DNA of 64,000 bases from a virus (Duplodnaviria > Caudoviricetes): IMG/VR virus record IMGVR_UViG_2857089846_000001, positions 60,154 to 124,153 of that record. The stretch is one strand, 5' to 3'. Below are positions 1 through 9,459 of the stretch, piece by piece (within the stretch, counting starts at the first letter, position 1; each line of letters begins with the position of its first letter). The position numbers and the translations under genes are program-made. A model generated the notes under the pieces. That model did not search any database, was not told the DNA's origin, and saw nothing but the letters and a program-made list of their open reading frames with translations.

Positions 1-250
1 TGGGCGCGTCGTCTACCGTGTCCACGCCCACCTCGAACGTGAGGGTCGCCGGGCCTTTCCAGTCCTGCCCGAGCCGGATGCCGTCCTCCCGCGGCATGGC
101 GACGTCGCCGGCGTCCATATCGCCGTACGCGATCTCCACCGGCTCAAGCAGGTAGTAGCCGCTCGCGATGGTGCCGAACGTGAAGTCCGCGGCCGGGTGG
201 ATGCCGTTGGCGGCGTACTGCAGGTTCCACTCACCCTCAGCCAAAGGCAT
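1..250 (-). CDS. Distal tail / minor tail protein, N-terminal part (runs off window)
   Basis: ATG at 250 overlaps the tape measure end and follows GGAGG. Reads MPLAEGEWNLQYAANGIHP...GDVAMPREDGIRLGQDW...LTFEVGVD. Position directly after the tape measure gene. Not in the ORF track. Confidence 0.65.
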   Translation of the reverse strand, partial: MPLAEGEWNLQYAANGIHPAADFTFGTIASGYYLLEPVEIAYGDMDAGDVAMPREDGIRLGQDWKGPATLTFEVGVDTVDDAP

Positions 251-3200
251 GTGCGCCTCCCCGGCGGATACGGCGGAGCTCGAACATCGTCTCTCCCAGG
301 GCCTGCGCCGGCCGCATCGGCTCGGCGGTCATGGTCAGGTTCAGGTCCCCGCCGACGAGCGCGGTGTTCCCCTGGGGAACAGCAGCGCGCGGTGCCGTGG
401 CGGTGGAGCGTGTGCTGCGGTGGGCAGCCATGGCGCCGCCGGTCTGGTCGTGGATGCCTCCATTGGCGAACCAGGCGACCGCGCCACCGAACCGGCGGAC
501 AACCTCCTCCACGATCGCCTTGGAGCGGCCCCGCTTGGACTCGGCCAAAGGCACGTACGCCTCTCCGTGAGTCTCCGGCTCTCCAAAGACCCGCCACGAG
601 CCGGCGGGGACGATCTGTGCGATGTGCCTCTCCGCGCGGCGAATCCCTCCGTTGGCGAACTGCTGAATCCTCTTGGCGGCCTCGGTGATGCCGCCGTTGG
701 CGAAGTAGTCCACGACGCCGCCGTTGGCCTGCGGCACTGCCTGGATGAGGTCGGGAACACCGTTGGCGTCCCGGTCCCAAGAGGTGGCCTTGAGGTAGAC
801 GCCGATGCCGACGTTGCGGGGCGCAATGGTGTTGATCTTCCTGTTGATGGCGTCCACGTTGGCGTTCACGGTGCCAGGAGGCGCGGTGATCTTGAGTTGC
901 TTGGCGCCCTTCGCCCCGGGAACCGCCTCGACCTTGAAGCCAAGGTTCCGGAGTGCGGTCACCGCATCGCCGGTGAGCGCCTTCATGGTGAAGGGCTTGT
1001 CCTTGAACCTCGCGACCCGTTCGGCGACAGCTCTGAGGTCTTCGTGTGCCTTGGCAGTCTGCGCAGCGACGCTGACGGACTTGTTCGCCGGCATCGTGTT
1101 GGCCGTGTCGATGAAGGTGGTCAGGTTGGCTCTCGCGTCTTCGGTCTTCGCGATGACCTCGAACCGGCCGTCCTCCAGGTTCTTGACCTCGAAGCCGAGG
1201 GTCTCCAGCTTCTCCCGGGCGCCTTCGTCAAGCATGTTGACCGTGATCGACTTCGGGTCTCCGAGGCCGTCGAACTGGGCCTGGATACCGGCCATGGCGA
1301 CGGTGACGGCGTCCTGGCCCTCCAGCTTGAGGCCCGTCACGACACTGTCGGGAATGAGACCCATCTGGTCAGCGATCTTCTCGGCGTCCTGGGCGCCCAC
1401 GCCGAGGGATCTCAGCCAGGCGACCAGCGAACCGCGGCCCTTCTCCGCTTCGATCCGCGCGGCCGCCAACTGTTCCACGAGCGGCTTGCCGGCGGCCCCG
1501 GCCTTGTCGAACGCGGCCTGCACCTTGCCGAGGGCGTCATCGGCGAGCCCTGTCGAGAGCCGGTAGATGTCCTGGCCGAGCTTAGAACTGGTGTCGAGGA
1601 GGCCGTCCTTGAGGATGGGCTTACCCTTGGCCGCGCCGGCGTTCTCCTTGGCGAACTCCCGCATCTCCAGCAGGCGGGCATTGAGCCTCTGCGTCGCTTC
1701 GGCGTACGAGCGCGTCTTGCCGGACAGGGCCTCGATGAGGCTCTTCAACGCCGACGTACGGGATTCGGCGTCACCTGTCGAGTCAGCCAGCCTCTGAACG
1801 GCATCCCGCACCCGGTCGTATGCGGTCACGCCCTTGCGGGCGAATGCGTCCTGGAGCACACCAGTCTCTTCGAGCTCCTTGCGGGCGTCGGCCAGGCTCG
1901 TGCCGTGCTTGCCGATCGCGTCGGCCGCAGCAAGCGCCGCTTTGCCCTCCTCGGTCATTGTGCGAATGGTGGACTTGCCGCCCGCTACGTCCTTCCAGTA
2001 TTCGGTGGCCTTCGCGGCAGCCCGCAGCTTCTTTTCGAGCGCGTCCAGGTCGGTGCCCTGCCCGAGGATCGCCCGGGTCAGCTGTTCCGTGCTGACGCCG
2101 GCCTTCGAGGCCGCCTTGCCCCACTCGGACTCGACAGCGAGCTTGCGAGCTTGGGCCACGACGTTGTCATCGATGGCGCCGTTGGACATGCGCAGGGCGT
2201 CAACGAGCGTCTGGACCTGCGCCCGGTGCTCGGCAGCGGCCTGCGCGGCGTCCTGCTGCCGGTCGGCGAAGGCCATGAGGGCAACGGCACCCACGCCGAG
2301 GGCGAGGCCAAGGGGACCACCGACCAGGCCCAACACTCCGGTGAGACCGCGGGACATGACGCGAGTCGCAGCGGTCGCTCCGCGTGCGGCGCCGGCGATT
2401 CCGCCAGTCTGCTGCGAGATGCGCTGGTACACGAGTCCAGCCCGGTGCCACGCGCTGGTGACGGCTGCGATCCGCGCCGGCTGACCGGCCAGAGCGGTAC
2501 CGGCTCCCGCGATGGAGGTACCCAGCGCCGTGAACATGCTGGACACGCCGCGCAGCACCTTGAGGGCGAGCAGTACGCCGAGCAAGGAGCCGAGCGCTGT
2601 TCCAAGGCCGGGGACGGCCTGGAAGGCGCTGTTGATGGCGACTGCCAGGGAGGCGAAGGCCTTCACGACGACGGCCAGGCCGAGCCCTGCCGTGGCCAGG
2701 TTCTCGAAGATGCCTGCCAGTGACGACAGCAGGCTGATCAGCTCCGGGCCCACCGTGCGGCCGAGCTGGTCGAGGAAGCTACCGACGGACGGCATGAGCT
2801 CGTAGCGGATCTGGCGCACCAGTTTCACCAGGCTCTTGTCGGTGGCCATCTTCGCGAGTCCCTTGCCGAGATCGCCGAGCAGGCCGATGGTCTCTCGGTA
2901 CACGGGGAGCGACTGGTCGAAGAAGGCCTTCATGCGCTTCTGGCCCTCTGCGGAGTTCGCCCAGGCGTTGAAGTAGCGCATCTGGAACTCAAGGCCCTTG
3001 AGCAGCGAGTTGCCGGATGCGCTCGCGGCGCGCCCCATGCCGGCCAGGCCGTGGCCGAGGTCGATGGTGGTGCGCAGCAGCTGCTTGCTCTTGTCGATGG
3101 ACCGCTGCAGGAACCGGTCGATGGAGCCGTCAGCGCGGTTGGACTCGGTGGCTACGCGCAGCCAGTTCGCCCATCCCTCACCCAGCGCGGCCACCCGCTG

Positions 3201-4295
3201 GACCGCGGGGCCAGAGGCGACGACGAAGTCGCCGACGGCGTGGCCGATGCTCTTCAGCCCGGCAATCAGGGACCCGGCGACCTTGTTGCTGGAAGCGGCG
3301 ACCTGGTCGAAGTCCTTCTTGAACGAGTTGGTCTGGGCGCCTTTCGACATGGCGCGGAGCAGGTTGCCGACCTGGCCCGCGGACGAGCCGAGTGCCGACT
3401 CAAACCGCGGGAGGATCGCGTTCGTAAGCGGCTCGACCTGGTCGGCAATTTTGGAGAAGAGCGACTCCTGGACGCTCTTCCGCATGTCCTTCCACTTGTC
3501 GCTGACGCCGGAGATCGCCTTGACGGTCGCGCGGGCCGACTTCGACAAGCCCTTCATCGCCTGGTCGAGCTTCTTCTGCTGGGCCTCAGTCAGCTTCCCG
3601 CCGGCTGCGAGCTGGGTCTGGGCCTTGAGCGACTCCTTCAGGGCGTCGGCGAAGCCTCCGAAAGCGACCCTGGCGCCGATCGCTGCGATGCCGGCGCCGG
3701 CGATCAGGCCAGGGAGCGTGCCGAGAATGCCGACCGCGGGCGCGGCCGCGCTGGCGAGCGCGGTGAGTCCGGCACCGAGCTGCGTGACCCACGCGACGGC
3801 AGGCTGAGCGAGCGCGACGATCGCCCCGAGGAGGAGGCCACGCATCCGGCCACGGCCGAGTCTCGGCGTCTTCACGTTGACCGGCACATGTATCGGTGTC
3901 CGGTCTACGTCGCGCTGCGCGCCCTGAAGGAGACGGCGGATGCGGTCGAGGAAGCCGCCCCTGCGCGCCCCGCTTCCGTCGCCGTCTTCGTCGGGGCGTA
4001 CGGGCACGTTGATGCGAGCGTCGCTGTTGCCGACCAGGCGGGCGATCTCTTCGAGCTCACCTCGTAGCCGGTCGCGGTCCACCTTGACCTGGACCTTGGC
4101 CGTGACGCCTCTCGACGCCTTCTTCACGGCCTTCTCCAGGCGCTTACGCAGGCCGCTGTCGTCAACCTCGACCTGGACCTTGGCAGCCAGGCCCTCGGCG
4201 GCCGCCTCGACCTTCGTCCGCAGCTCGCGGGCGAATCCGTCGAGCGCCGCGACGACGGTGACTTCGAGGCGGCCGGCCTGCAAGCCCTCAGACAC
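237..4295 (-). CDS. Phage tail tape measure protein
   Basis: 1352 aa, Ala/Gly/Leu-rich and helical with hydrophobic stretches; C-terminal FANGG...GEPETHGEAYVPL motif; follows the tail chaperones. Confidence 0.9.
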   Translation of the reverse strand: MSEGLQAGRLEVTVVAALDGFARELRTKVEAAAEGLAAKVQVEVDDSGLRKRLEKAVKKASRGVTAKVQVKVDRDRLRGELEEIARLVGNSDARINVPVRPDEDGDGSGARRGGFLDRIRRLLQGAQRDVDRTPIHVPVNVKTPRLGRGRMRGLLLGAIVALAQPAVAWVTQLGAGLTALASAAAPAVGILGTLPGLIAGAGIAAIGARVAFGGFADALKESLKAQTQLAAGGKLTEAQQKKLDQAMKGLSKSARATVKAISGVSDKWKDMRKSVQESLFSKIADQVEPLTNAILPRFESALGSSAGQVGNLLRAMSKGAQTNSFKKDFDQVAASSNKVAGSLIAGLKSIGHAVGDFVVASGPAVQRVAALGEGWANWLRVATESNRADGSIDRFLQRSIDKSKQLLRTTIDLGHGLAGMGRAASASGNSLLKGLEFQMRYFNAWANSAEGQKRMKAFFDQSLPVYRETIGLLGDLGKGLAKMATDKSLVKLVRQIRYELMPSVGSFLDQLGRTVGPELISLLSSLAGIFENLATAGLGLAVVVKAFASLAVAINSAFQAVPGLGTALGSLLGVLLALKVLRGVSSMFTALGTSIAGAGTALAGQPARIAAVTSAWHRAGLVYQRISQQTGGIAGAARGATAATRVMSRGLTGVLGLVGGPLGLALGVGAVALMAFADRQQDAAQAAAEHRAQVQTLVDALRMSNGAIDDNVVAQARKLAVESEWGKAASKAGVSTEQLTRAILGQGTDLDALEKKLRAAAKATEYWKDVAGGKSTIRTMTEEGKAALAAADAIGKHGTSLADARKELEETGVLQDAFARKGVTAYDRVRDAVQRLADSTGDAESRTSALKSLIEALSGKTRSYAEATQRLNARLLEMREFAKENAGAAKGKPILKDGLLDTSSKLGQDIYRLSTGLADDALGKVQAAFDKAGAAGKPLVEQLAAARIEAEKGRGSLVAWLRSLGVGAQDAEKIADQMGLIPDSVVTGLKLEGQDAVTVAMAGIQAQFDGLGDPKSITVNMLDEGAREKLETLGFEVKNLEDGRFEVIAKTEDARANLTTFIDTANTMPANKSVSVAAQTAKAHEDLRAVAERVARFKDKPFTMKALTGDAVTALRNLGFKVEAVPGAKGAKQLKITAPPGTVNANVDAINRKINTIAPRNVGIGVYLKATSWDRDANGVPDLIQAVPQANGGVVDYFANGGITEAAKRIQQFANGGIRRAERHIAQIVPAGSWRVFGEPETHGEAYVPLAESKRGRSKAIVEEVVRRFGGAVAWFANGGIHDQTGGAMAAHRSTRSTATAPRAAVPQGNTALVGGDLNLTMTAEPMRPAQALGETMFELRRIRRGGAHAFG
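365..381. repeat. 17-bp palindrome, candidate parS (TGTTCCCCTGGGGAACA)
   Basis: Perfect 8-1-8 palindrome inside the tape measure CDS. Confidence 0.75.
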
Positions 4296-4716
4296 TGGGG
4301 CGCACCATTCCTCTCCGTGCGGCAGCCGCGAGCATCTTGCGGTGGCCGTTCATTGGGGCGGACTGCTGCGCCGGGGCGCTGTTCCCCCGGGGAACAGCTG
4401 GTGCCGTGTTGTACGGGCGGGTGACCGTCCGCGGCTCTTCACGGCGTCGGTCGGCGGCGAGCAGGGAGACCTCCTCGATGAGCTGCGCCAGGAGTTCGGT
4501 CTGGATGGTCCAGCCGCCGATCGGCGCGGACTTCAGGCGGGACTCGTCCGGCAGCCCGTCGAGGAAGGAGATCAAGCGTCGGAGTCCGATGAAGCCGGGC
4601 TGTCCGGGACGGAGCCAGATACCTCGGGCGTCGAGCCCGTGGTGGAATCGGCTGAGGTCGGACTCGACGTCTCGCCATCGCTCTCGGAGGAGGCGCCGAG
4701 CCCAAAGAGCTTTCCC
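4288..4716 (-). CDS. Tail assembly chaperone, -1 frameshift extension (lambda gpGT-like)
   Basis: G GGA AAG slippery heptamer at 4716-4710. The -1 frame is open and reads GKALWARRLLRERWRDVESDLSRF...RRLISFLDGLPDESRL into ORF 4288..4575. Confidence 0.85.
   Translation of the reverse strand, partial: GKALWARRLLRERWRDVESDLSRFHHGLDARGIWLRPGQPGFIGLRRLISFLDGLPDESRLKSAPIGGWTIQTELLAQLIEEVSLLAADRRREEPRTVTRPYNTAPAVPRGNSAPAQQSAPMNGHRKMLAAAARRGMVRPSV
4380..4396. repeat. 17-bp palindrome, candidate parS (TGTTCCCCCGGGGAACA)
   Basis: Perfect palindrome, extended by GC flanks, inside the chaperone extension. Confidence 0.75.
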
Positions 4717-5102
4717 AGCTCAACTCCGTAGAGCTTGGCCAGGCCTACGGTGAGGCGGAAGTATGCGGGTACCGAGGGCTTCACGGACTGGAAGCGTTCG
4801 AACGCTTCCTTGCCGAGGAGCTCGCCGAACACCGCGTCGAGGGCGTCCAGGAAGTTCGAGGGCAGGTCGCGGCGCTGGAACAGCAGCTCCAGCATCTGCC
4901 AGGTGCTGCCGCCGTTCTGGGAGCGGACCAGGTCGCCGAGGAGGCCCATCAGGTCGAGTTCCTTGGACAGGAGCGGGGTCAGTGCCGCGGCGGGCAGCTC
5001 GGCCGGGAAGCGGAAGCCGTGGCCGTTGAGACGGACGTTGATTCCGTCCGGGTAAGCCATCTCGCGCTCGGCGATCTCGTCCAGGTTGAGGTCGTACTGC
5101 AT
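4572..5102 (-). CDS. Tail assembly chaperone (lambda gpG-like)
   Basis: 176 aa upstream of the tape measure gene; contains the ELGK slippery site followed by a Ser-rich tail. Confidence 0.85.
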   Translation of the reverse strand: MQYDLNLDEIAEREMAYPDGINVRLNGHGFRFPAELPAAALTPLLSKELDLMGLLGDLVRSQNGGSTWQMLELLFQRRDLPSNFLDALDAVFGELLGKEAFERFQSVKPSVPAYFRLTVGLAKLYGVELGKLFGLGASSESDGETSSPTSADSTTGSTPEVSGSVPDSPASSDSDA

Positions 5103-5153
5103 TGAGGCCTCGCAGAAGCTCGTGAGTTGCCGCTGGTGGCGGCGGGGGTGGCG

Positions 5154-5181
5154 ACTGTGGCAAGAGCCCCGCGCTTACGTC
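5154..5181 (-). promoter_or_regulatory. Putative virion-gene promoter GACGTAAG-N14-CACAGT
   Basis: Shared architecture, upstream of the chaperone gene. Confidence 0.55.
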
Positions 5182-5230
5182 TCGGCCTGGCGGCAGCAGC
5201 CGCCGGCCGCCGAGGAATCCGGCTCTCGGC

Positions 5231-5247
5231 TGTTCCCCGGGGGAACA
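5231..5247. repeat. 17-bp palindrome, candidate parS/operator upstream of parB
   Basis: TGTTCCCCGGGGGAACA, extended to 25 bp by CGGC/GCCG flanks, ~100 bp before parB. Confidence 0.8.
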
Positions 5248-5343
5248 GCCGGCCGCGTGTACACCCCATCTGCGCACAGACCCGGGGGGTCTGGGGACTA
5301 GCCTCTACCTCGACCGCATCTCGCAGCTATCAGAAGGACATCT

Positions 5344-6726
5344 GTGGCAGGGAACCTGAAGAGGGCCAAGAGGAACAGCAGCGGGGGTGGCGCAAACGTC
5401 CCATCCCCGAGCACCGAGGCGAATGCCGCGTTCTACGCACTCCCGCCCACTGAGGCGGACGGCGAGGCATTGAGCATCGAGCTCTCGGACATCTCGGCGA
5501 ACCCGTTCAACGACCGGGACACCGGGGACGTGACAAACCTCGCTGAAAGCATCAAGAAGGACGGCCTGCTCCAAGACGTGTCGGTGATTCACGCCTCCGT
5601 CTTCACCGAGTGCTATCCCGAGGTCGAGGGCATCACCACGAAGTACGTGCTCGCCTTCGGCGAGCGGCGTTGGCGCGCCCACCAGGCCGCCGGCCTGAGC
5701 CACATCTCCGCGGTCCTGCGCAACGACGTGGCGCCGAAGATCCGGCGGGTCCTGTTCGTTGAGAACTTTCACCGCAAGCAGCTCTCCCCGATGGAGGAGG
5801 CGCGGCGGTTCTACCGCATGAACACCGAGGAGGGGATGAGCTACCGGGAGATCGTTGAAGAGCTCAGCCTCGGCGGCCCGAACCACGTCTCCCGGCGGAT
5901 CGAGCTCCTGAAGCTCCCCGCCGCGCTCCAGGACGTCGTCGGCACCGACGAAGGCCCAGGTGTCACGCTCGCGCGAGACATCCTCGGCAAGTTCGCCGAG
6001 CCCGAGAACCAGATCCGCGCCTGGGAGCTGATCCGAGACGAGGAGATCTCTCTCGGTGAAGCAGTGCAGCGCATCCACGGGGGCGACGGTGTTCCCCAGG
6101 GGAACGACGTACCGATCCAGCGGACCGCGGAGCCGGCGGCGAGCCCTGCTCCTGCGTCAGGCGCAGAGGAGACCCCGGCGTCCGACGAGAAGACAGCGAC
6201 CGGGAAGAAGCCGAAGACGCAGACGCCGCAGCCGAAGATCATTGCGGCTGACAAGGACACCGCCCACCGCAACAACGCCTCAGCGGACCGTGAGTCCGCT
6301 TGCAAGCACCTCGTCGGATTGGGCGCCAAGCTGACGGCGGAGCAGCAGGACGCGCTGTTCGCTCGCGCTCTGCTGGCGAACACGCAGCAGGCACCCGCCC
6401 GGACCCGGGCACACAGGTGGCTCCGTGAGGCAAGCCAGGCGGAATTCACGATCAGCGACACCGATTCGTACTTCGAGGCCGTACTGTCGTCCGGCAAAGA
6501 CGACCTCATCAACCGTGTCGCCTTCGTTACGGCCCTCGCTGCTGGCGAGGTCCGGGCCCGCGACGGCCGTCGGCAGTGGGACCGCACCGACGCCGATCAC
6601 GTCCGGCTCCTGATCGAGGTCGGCAACTACCACCCGCAGACCGGGTGGGAGCGAGCACAGCTCACCAAGTTCGGCGTTCCCTTCCCCGGAGCCGACGAAG
6701 AACCCGACGCCGACCCCATCAGCTGA
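5344..6726 (+). CDS. parB: ParB/Spo0J family partition protein
   Basis: ISANPFNDR, LAESIKKDGLLQ, arginine patch FGERRWRA, ENFHRKQLSPMEEA, HTH MSYREIVEELS...VSRRIELL; RBS AGAAGGA. Confidence 0.9.
   Translation: MAGNLKRAKRNSSGGGANVPSPSTEANAAFYALPPTEADGEALSIELSDISANPFNDRDTGDVTNLAESIKKDGLLQDVSVIHASVFTECYPEVEGITTKYVLAFGERRWRAHQAAGLSHISAVLRNDVAPKIRRVLFVENFHRKQLSPMEEARRFYRMNTEEGMSYREIVEELSLGGPNHVSRRIELLKLPAALQDVVGTDEGPGVTLARDILGKFAEPENQIRAWELIRDEEISLGEAVQRIHGGDGVPQGNDVPIQRTAEPAASPAPASGAEETPASDEKTATGKKPKTQTPQPKIIAADKDTAHRNNASADRESACKHLVGLGAKLTAEQQDALFARALLANTQQAPARTRAHRWLREASQAEFTISDTDSYFEAVLSSGKDDLINRVAFVTALAAGEVRARDGRRQWDRTDADHVRLLIEVGNYHPQTGWERAQLTKFGVPFPGADEEPDADPIS
6090..6106. repeat. 17-bp palindrome, candidate parS inside parB (TGTTCCCCAGGGGAACG)
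   Basis: One terminal mismatch to the consensus. Confidence 0.7.
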
Positions 6727-6737
6727 CTGGAGACTCC

Positions 6738-7667
6738 ATGTCCAACAAGACCCTGCCCAGGCGTGACCTGCGCCCGGAGGGCCGAAACTGGCCGCTGCTC
6801 TTCGCCGCGTTCATCATCACCGGCGGCAGCGCCAAGACGAGCACCATCATCATGATGGCGGTCACTCTCGCCCTTCGCGGCTACAAGGTCCGCGTCTTCG
6901 ACTTCGACCACCAGCGCAGCGCCAGCCACATCGGCTGCGCCATGGACGAGCTGCCCGCGGGCCAGGGCACCATCTACGACCTGATGCACGGCGCCTCTCT
7001 GGAGGACTGCACCGTTCCGTTCCGCTACGTCGTCAACCCTGCGGATGCGGCGACGGGCGCGCCGGCCGAATACGAGGAGGTCGAGAATCTTCGGATCGTT
7101 CCTGGTTCCCGGAACGTGAAGAACTTCGACACCGAGACGACGCAGGAGGGCAACGAGCAGCTGATCACCTGGTTCCGCGAGCTGTGCGACGAGTACGAGG
7201 GCGACGATGATGTGTGGCTGCTCGACCTGCCGGCGTCGCTGAGCAAGCTCGTGGTGTCCGCGCTGATCCCGTTCCAGGAGGACGACGAGATCGTTCCGCC
7301 GGTCCTGGTCACGAGCAAGGAAGAGACCGACCTCAAGGCGACGTTCGAAGAGCTGGCGGAGATGCGGAACCAGCAGAACGCACGCTCCCGCCGCCGTAAG
7401 ACCGCCCCCACCATCAAGCACATCGTGATGGCCGGAACCCCCACCCCGGGCCGCCCGGACGCCGAGGGGGACGCGACGGTGGAGTCCATGACGAGGACAT
7501 ACGGGGAGCACTTCCAGCTCCATAAGGTCCGCTGGAGCAGCTTCGTCCGCCAGCAGCACCGGCGCCAGGCCCCCGTGCACGCCTGGGGCCCCAAGAACGC
7601 CGCACCGATCGAGGACTACAACAAGCTGGCCACGGCCCTCGGGTTCGTGGATCTCGACAACGCCTGA
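6738..7667 (+). CDS. parA: ParA family ATPase
   Basis: ATG 6738 after GGAG. Deviant Walker A TGGSAKTS, VRVFDFDHQRSAS, LRIVPGS, WLLDLPAS, C-terminal DYNKLA. Confidence 0.88.
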   Translation: MSNKTLPRRDLRPEGRNWPLLFAAFIITGGSAKTSTIIMMAVTLALRGYKVRVFDFDHQRSASHIGCAMDELPAGQGTIYDLMHGASLEDCTVPFRYVVNPADAATGAPAEYEEVENLRIVPGSRNVKNFDTETTQEGNEQLITWFRELCDEYEGDDDVWLLDLPASLSKLVVSALIPFQEDDEIVPPVLVTSKEETDLKATFEELAEMRNQQNARSRRRKTAPTIKHIVMAGTPTPGRPDAEGDATVESMTRTYGEHFQLHKVRWSSFVRQQHRRQAPVHAWGPKNAAPIEDYNKLATALGFVDLDNA

Positions 7668-7673
7668 GAGGGC

Positions 7674-7690
7674 TGTTCCCCTGGGGAACA
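7674..7690. repeat. 17-bp palindrome, candidate parS just after the parA stop
   Basis: TGTTCCCCTGGGGAACA. Confidence 0.8.
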
Positions 7691-7695
7691 GCAAG

Positions 7696-7744
7696 GGCCC
7701 GTACCGGCCGCGGAAGTCGCCATCTCCCGCGCCCAGTACGGGCC
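7696..7744. terminator. Stem-loop between convergent parA and major tail genes
   Basis: GGCCCGTAC...GTACGGGCC arms. Confidence 0.5.
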
Positions 7745-7764
7745 TTCGTTGTGCGCCTCCAAGA

Positions 7765-8355
7765 CTACGGGGCGTCGTCGAACGAGCTGTCGTTGGTCAG
7801 GAGGTACCAGGCGTCCGCGTCGTCGCCGCCCTGCACGGCCAGGCGCAGCGGCAGCACCGCTTCCTTGGCCTTCTGTAGGTCGGTCTGCACGCCTTCCATC
7901 TGCATGGAGCGCGGGATGACATAGCGGTACGCCTTCGCGCCGTCGATGACCTCGATGCACGCGGCGACCTCGGAGCGGCCGCCGATCCGCGGCGGCGCGA
8001 ACTTGTAGTGCGTGGTGGCCGGAGGTCCGGCAACGTTGATCTCGGTGATGGTGCCGCCGCCGAAGACGGCCTTGAAGTTCTTCGCGTTCCACTGCTGGAG
8101 ATCGACCTCAAGGGTCGCGCTGTCGCTGGTCTGGAACGTGCGGGACGGGAAGTCGGTCTGGGCGCTCTTGACCTGTTCGAACTGGGGCTCTTCGTTGAAC
8201 TTCAGAGAGTCCTCGGTGGTCAGGCCGACCGAGTACCAGCCGGCCGGCATCGCCACGGTGGCATCGGCAGGCGCTGCCGTACCGACGGGAGCGAGCCAGA
8301 CTCGGGTTCGTGCGGGGACGACGATGTGCGTCGCGTTCGTGATCTCGCCAGCCAT
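7765..8355 (-). CDS. Major tail (tube) protein
   Basis: 196 aa; VWLAPVGTAAP...WYSVGLTTEDS typical of actinophage tube proteins; located between neck genes and chaperone. Confidence 0.85.
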   Translation of the reverse strand: MAGEITNATHIVVPARTRVWLAPVGTAAPADATVAMPAGWYSVGLTTEDSLKFNEEPQFEQVKSAQTDFPSRTFQTSDSATLEVDLQQWNAKNFKAVFGGGTITEINVAGPPATTHYKFAPPRIGGRSEVAACIEVIDGAKAYRYVIPRSMQMEGVQTDLQKAKEAVLPLRLAVQGGDDADAWYLLTNDSSFDDAP

Positions 8356-8396
8356 GGCGGTGCGTCTCCTCGTGGCCAGGGGTTACGGGCCGGGTC

Positions 8397-8424
8397 ACGA
8401 TGGGAGGCAGGCCGGGCTAGCGTC
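8397..8424 (-). promoter_or_regulatory. Putative virion-gene promoter GACGCTAG-N14-CATCGT
   Basis: Shared architecture, upstream of the major tail gene. Confidence 0.55.
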
Positions 8425-8430
8425 CCGGGC

Positions 8431-8754
8431 CTAGAAGGGGCGCGGGCACGGAAGAAGAGCGGTCTGCGCGCGGGCCATGCTGAGGAGCAGGCCGATGTGC
8501 TTCCGCTGGGCATGTTCCTCGATGACGCGGAGTGTTTCCGCGCACTGGGTCCTCATGGGCATGAGATGCCGGATCAACCGCACCGGCATGGCGAAGCTGA
8601 CCACCGCCGCTCGCCACGAGCCCAGGAGCGCGGCGTCTGCGTCCGCCTGGTCGAACTGCACGTCGGCGATGCCACCGATCGGCGTCCAGGCGGCGGAGTC
8701 GTCAGGGTCGGTACCTACGGGAGCGATGCTGACGAGGGGGCCATTGAGGTTCAC
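8431..8754 (-). CDS. Hypothetical protein
   Basis: GTG start overlaps the upstream stop (GTGA) after GGAG; ~107 aa. The N-terminal IAPVGT..W resembles the start of the tube protein. Confidence 0.55.
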   Translation of the reverse strand: MNLNGPLVSIAPVGTDPDDSAAWTPIGGIADVQFDQADADAALLGSWRAAVVSFAMPVRLIRHLMPMRTQCAETLRVIEEHAQRKHIGLLLSMARAQTALLPCPRPF

Positions 8755-9194
8755 GAGGACTCCGGGGTCGGGTGCAGCGAGACGAGCAGGCCCATTACCC
8801 ATCGGGGCTGGCCTGTTTCCAGGGGGGATTCGAGGAGTACGCCGGACGGGCGGACGCGGCTGATGACGGGATGGGTGCCGGACGGGGTGCTGCCGGGCAG
8901 CTCGGTGACGGCGACAGCGCACACCTTGAGGATTCGGCTCATGGCGGCCGGGCCGGGCCAGCCGCTGGGGTCGCCGAACAGCTCCAGCGTCACCTCCGGT
9001 TCGGTGAGCCACGTCAGATCGCCGAGGCTGCCGCCCGGCCCGAGGGCAACCCGCAGGTGAGGCCACGGGGCCTCGCGGGTGCCGGACACGCGGCCGGGCC
9101 CGCCGAGCACTTGGGTCACCTTGGGGTGCTCGGCGAGCCAGGACAGGACGGCCGCCACCGGGTCAGCGTCAGCGATGGCGTAGGCGTCGGTCAT
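8751..9194 (-). CDS. Probable tail terminator
   Basis: MTDAYAIADADPVAAVLSWL...PWPHLRV; 147 aa; position before the major tail gene. Confidence 0.65.
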   Translation of the reverse strand: MTDAYAIADADPVAAVLSWLAEHPKVTQVLGGPGRVSGTREAPWPHLRVALGPGGSLGDLTWLTEPEVTLELFGDPSGWPGPAAMSRILKVCAVAVTELPGSTPSGTHPVISRVRPSGVLLESPLETGQPRWVMGLLVSLHPTPESS

Positions 9195-9196
9195 GG

Positions 9197-9451
9197 TCAG
9201 GAGCGTCCGCGTGCGAGGTAGCCGTTGCCGCGGAGCTGGCGGGCGTAGTCCGGGGACACCACGGCGGTGTCGCCGGGGCGGAAGTCGTTGCGGCCGATGC
9301 GAAGGTGGTGGGCGAAGGTGACCTTCTCCGGGGTCTGGCCGGCGCGCAGCGGCGGGCCGAGCACAGCTTCGGTGGTCGTGGTGGGCTCCGCCTGCGGGGT
9401 GGGTGCGGTCTCCGGCTCGGCGGTCGTGGTGGTCTTTCGGGTGTTCGTCAT
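9197..9451 (-). CDS. Hypothetical small phage protein
   Basis: 84 aa, Thr/Pro-rich N-terminus, YARQLRGNGY C-terminus; probably leaderless. Confidence 0.65.
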   Translation of the reverse strand: MTNTRKTTTTAEPETAPTPQAEPTTTTEAVLGPPLRAGQTPEKVTFAHHLRIGRNDFRPGDTAVVSPDYARQLRGNGYLARGRS

Positions 9452-9459
9452 GGGGCGGA

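Noticed and set aside
6576-6737. ORF-track N-terminal extension of ParA (likewise the extensions at 15866, 47668, 50160, 51777, 57910)
   Set aside because: They overlap neighbouring genes or lack an RBS; downstream starts have an RBS or coupled stop/start.
8814-8830. TGTTTCCAGGGGGGATT as a further palindrome copy
   Set aside because: Too many mismatches and not palindromic.
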